Virus record (IMG/VR): IMGVR_UViG_3300045988_125741
Coordinates: 1 to 12,073 of that record
Source of the DNA: a virus
Length of the DNA: 12,073 bases
Direction: 5' to 3' (one strand)
Shown here: positions 11,788 through 12,073 of the stretch, one piece after another
Layout of the letters: every line of letters begins with the position of its first letter
How positions within the stretch are numbered: the stretch's first letter is position 1
Program-made: the position numbers and the translations under genes
Notes under the pieces: generated by a model
What the model saw: the letters and a program-made list of their open reading frames with translations, nothing else
Databases searched by the model: none
Told to the model about the DNA's origin: nothing

Positions 11788-12073
11788 AATAGTCAACTTG
11801 CACAAATATAATTATATAATATGCCAGTATACTCTTTGTATATGGGAAAGAGTGGTAATTGTAAAATTCAGTCAATTACAATAAATTACATCAAATTGTA
11901 AGCTACTGGAATATGTGTAAGTTATTGTAATTGTTATAAATTGGTAGTTGGATGGAAATGAAATGGTAGTGATTGGCATTGCTGGAATATTATTGTAAGT
12001 GTTGGGAATTGGCAGGAAGTGGCTAGGAATTGGGATTTATTTACTCGATTTCCATGGAAATATTTACTGTACC
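11788..12073. repeat. Right inverted terminal repeat (ITR)
   Basis: Exact reverse complement of 1..286. Each position p in the left copy maps to 12074-p. Confidence 0.97.

Larger units (their letters stand above)
1..12073. mobile_element. Complete linear dsDNA phage genome, phi29-like (protein-primed replication, podovirus-type virion module), ITR to ITR
   Basis: The window starts and ends exactly at a perfect 286-bp inverted repeat. Between the repeats are a protein-primed PolB, gp16-like ATPase, gp10-like portal, capsid, tail knob and lysin in two convergent operons with almost no non-coding DNA. Confidence 0.85.

Noticed and set aside
11770-11796. Second inward promoter at the right ITR boundary (TTGACT-15-TAAAAT on the minus strand)
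   Set aside because: The 15-nt spacer is suboptimal and the -10 is imperfect. The site lies just upstream of a perfect consensus promoter and is more likely part of that promoter's AT-rich upstream region.
12068-12073. GGTACC palindrome formed if the ends are joined, as a sign of a circular or circularly permuted genome
   Set aside because: Any inverted terminal repeat creates a palindrome at a virtual junction. There is no direct terminal redundancy, and the gene content (pPolB plus a TP-position ORF) argues for a linear, protein-capped molecule.

Overview
The 12,073-nt window reads as one complete, ITR-to-ITR linear genome of a miniature phi29-like (protein-primed) podophage, probably from a low-GC Gram-positive host. 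Seen directly: perfect 286-bp inverted terminal repeats (1..286 is the reverse complement of 11788..12073). A rightward virion/lysis operon (347..6120) follows a consensus TTGACT-17-TATAAT promoter at the left ITR boundary. A leftward early/replication/packaging operon (11662..6153) follows a consensus TG-extended TTGACA-17-TATAAT promoter near the right end. Both operons converge on a bidirectional hairpin terminator (6125..6154). Recognisable products are a gp10-like portal, a major capsid protein, a gp9-like tail knob encoded as two adjacent ORFs separated only by GGGG-TGA-C, and a CHAP + PG_binding_1 endolysin. There is also a YvrJ-like small membrane protein (holin candidate), a gp16-like packaging ATPase, a family-B protein-primed DNA polymerase with all exo/pol motifs, a very basic putative terminal protein and a p5-like SSB candidate. 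Most noteworthy are the genome size and architecture, a tandem duplication of the KxY/thumb segment inside the polymerase, and the possible +1 frameshift or indel site splitting the tail knob. Also notable are a repeat-dense, almost G-free ITR core, a 119-nt multi-hairpin intergenic region in the early operon, and the absence of an obvious pRNA, lower-collar or receptor-binding gene. All homology statements come from reading the translations against remembered family signatures; no search or alignment was run.
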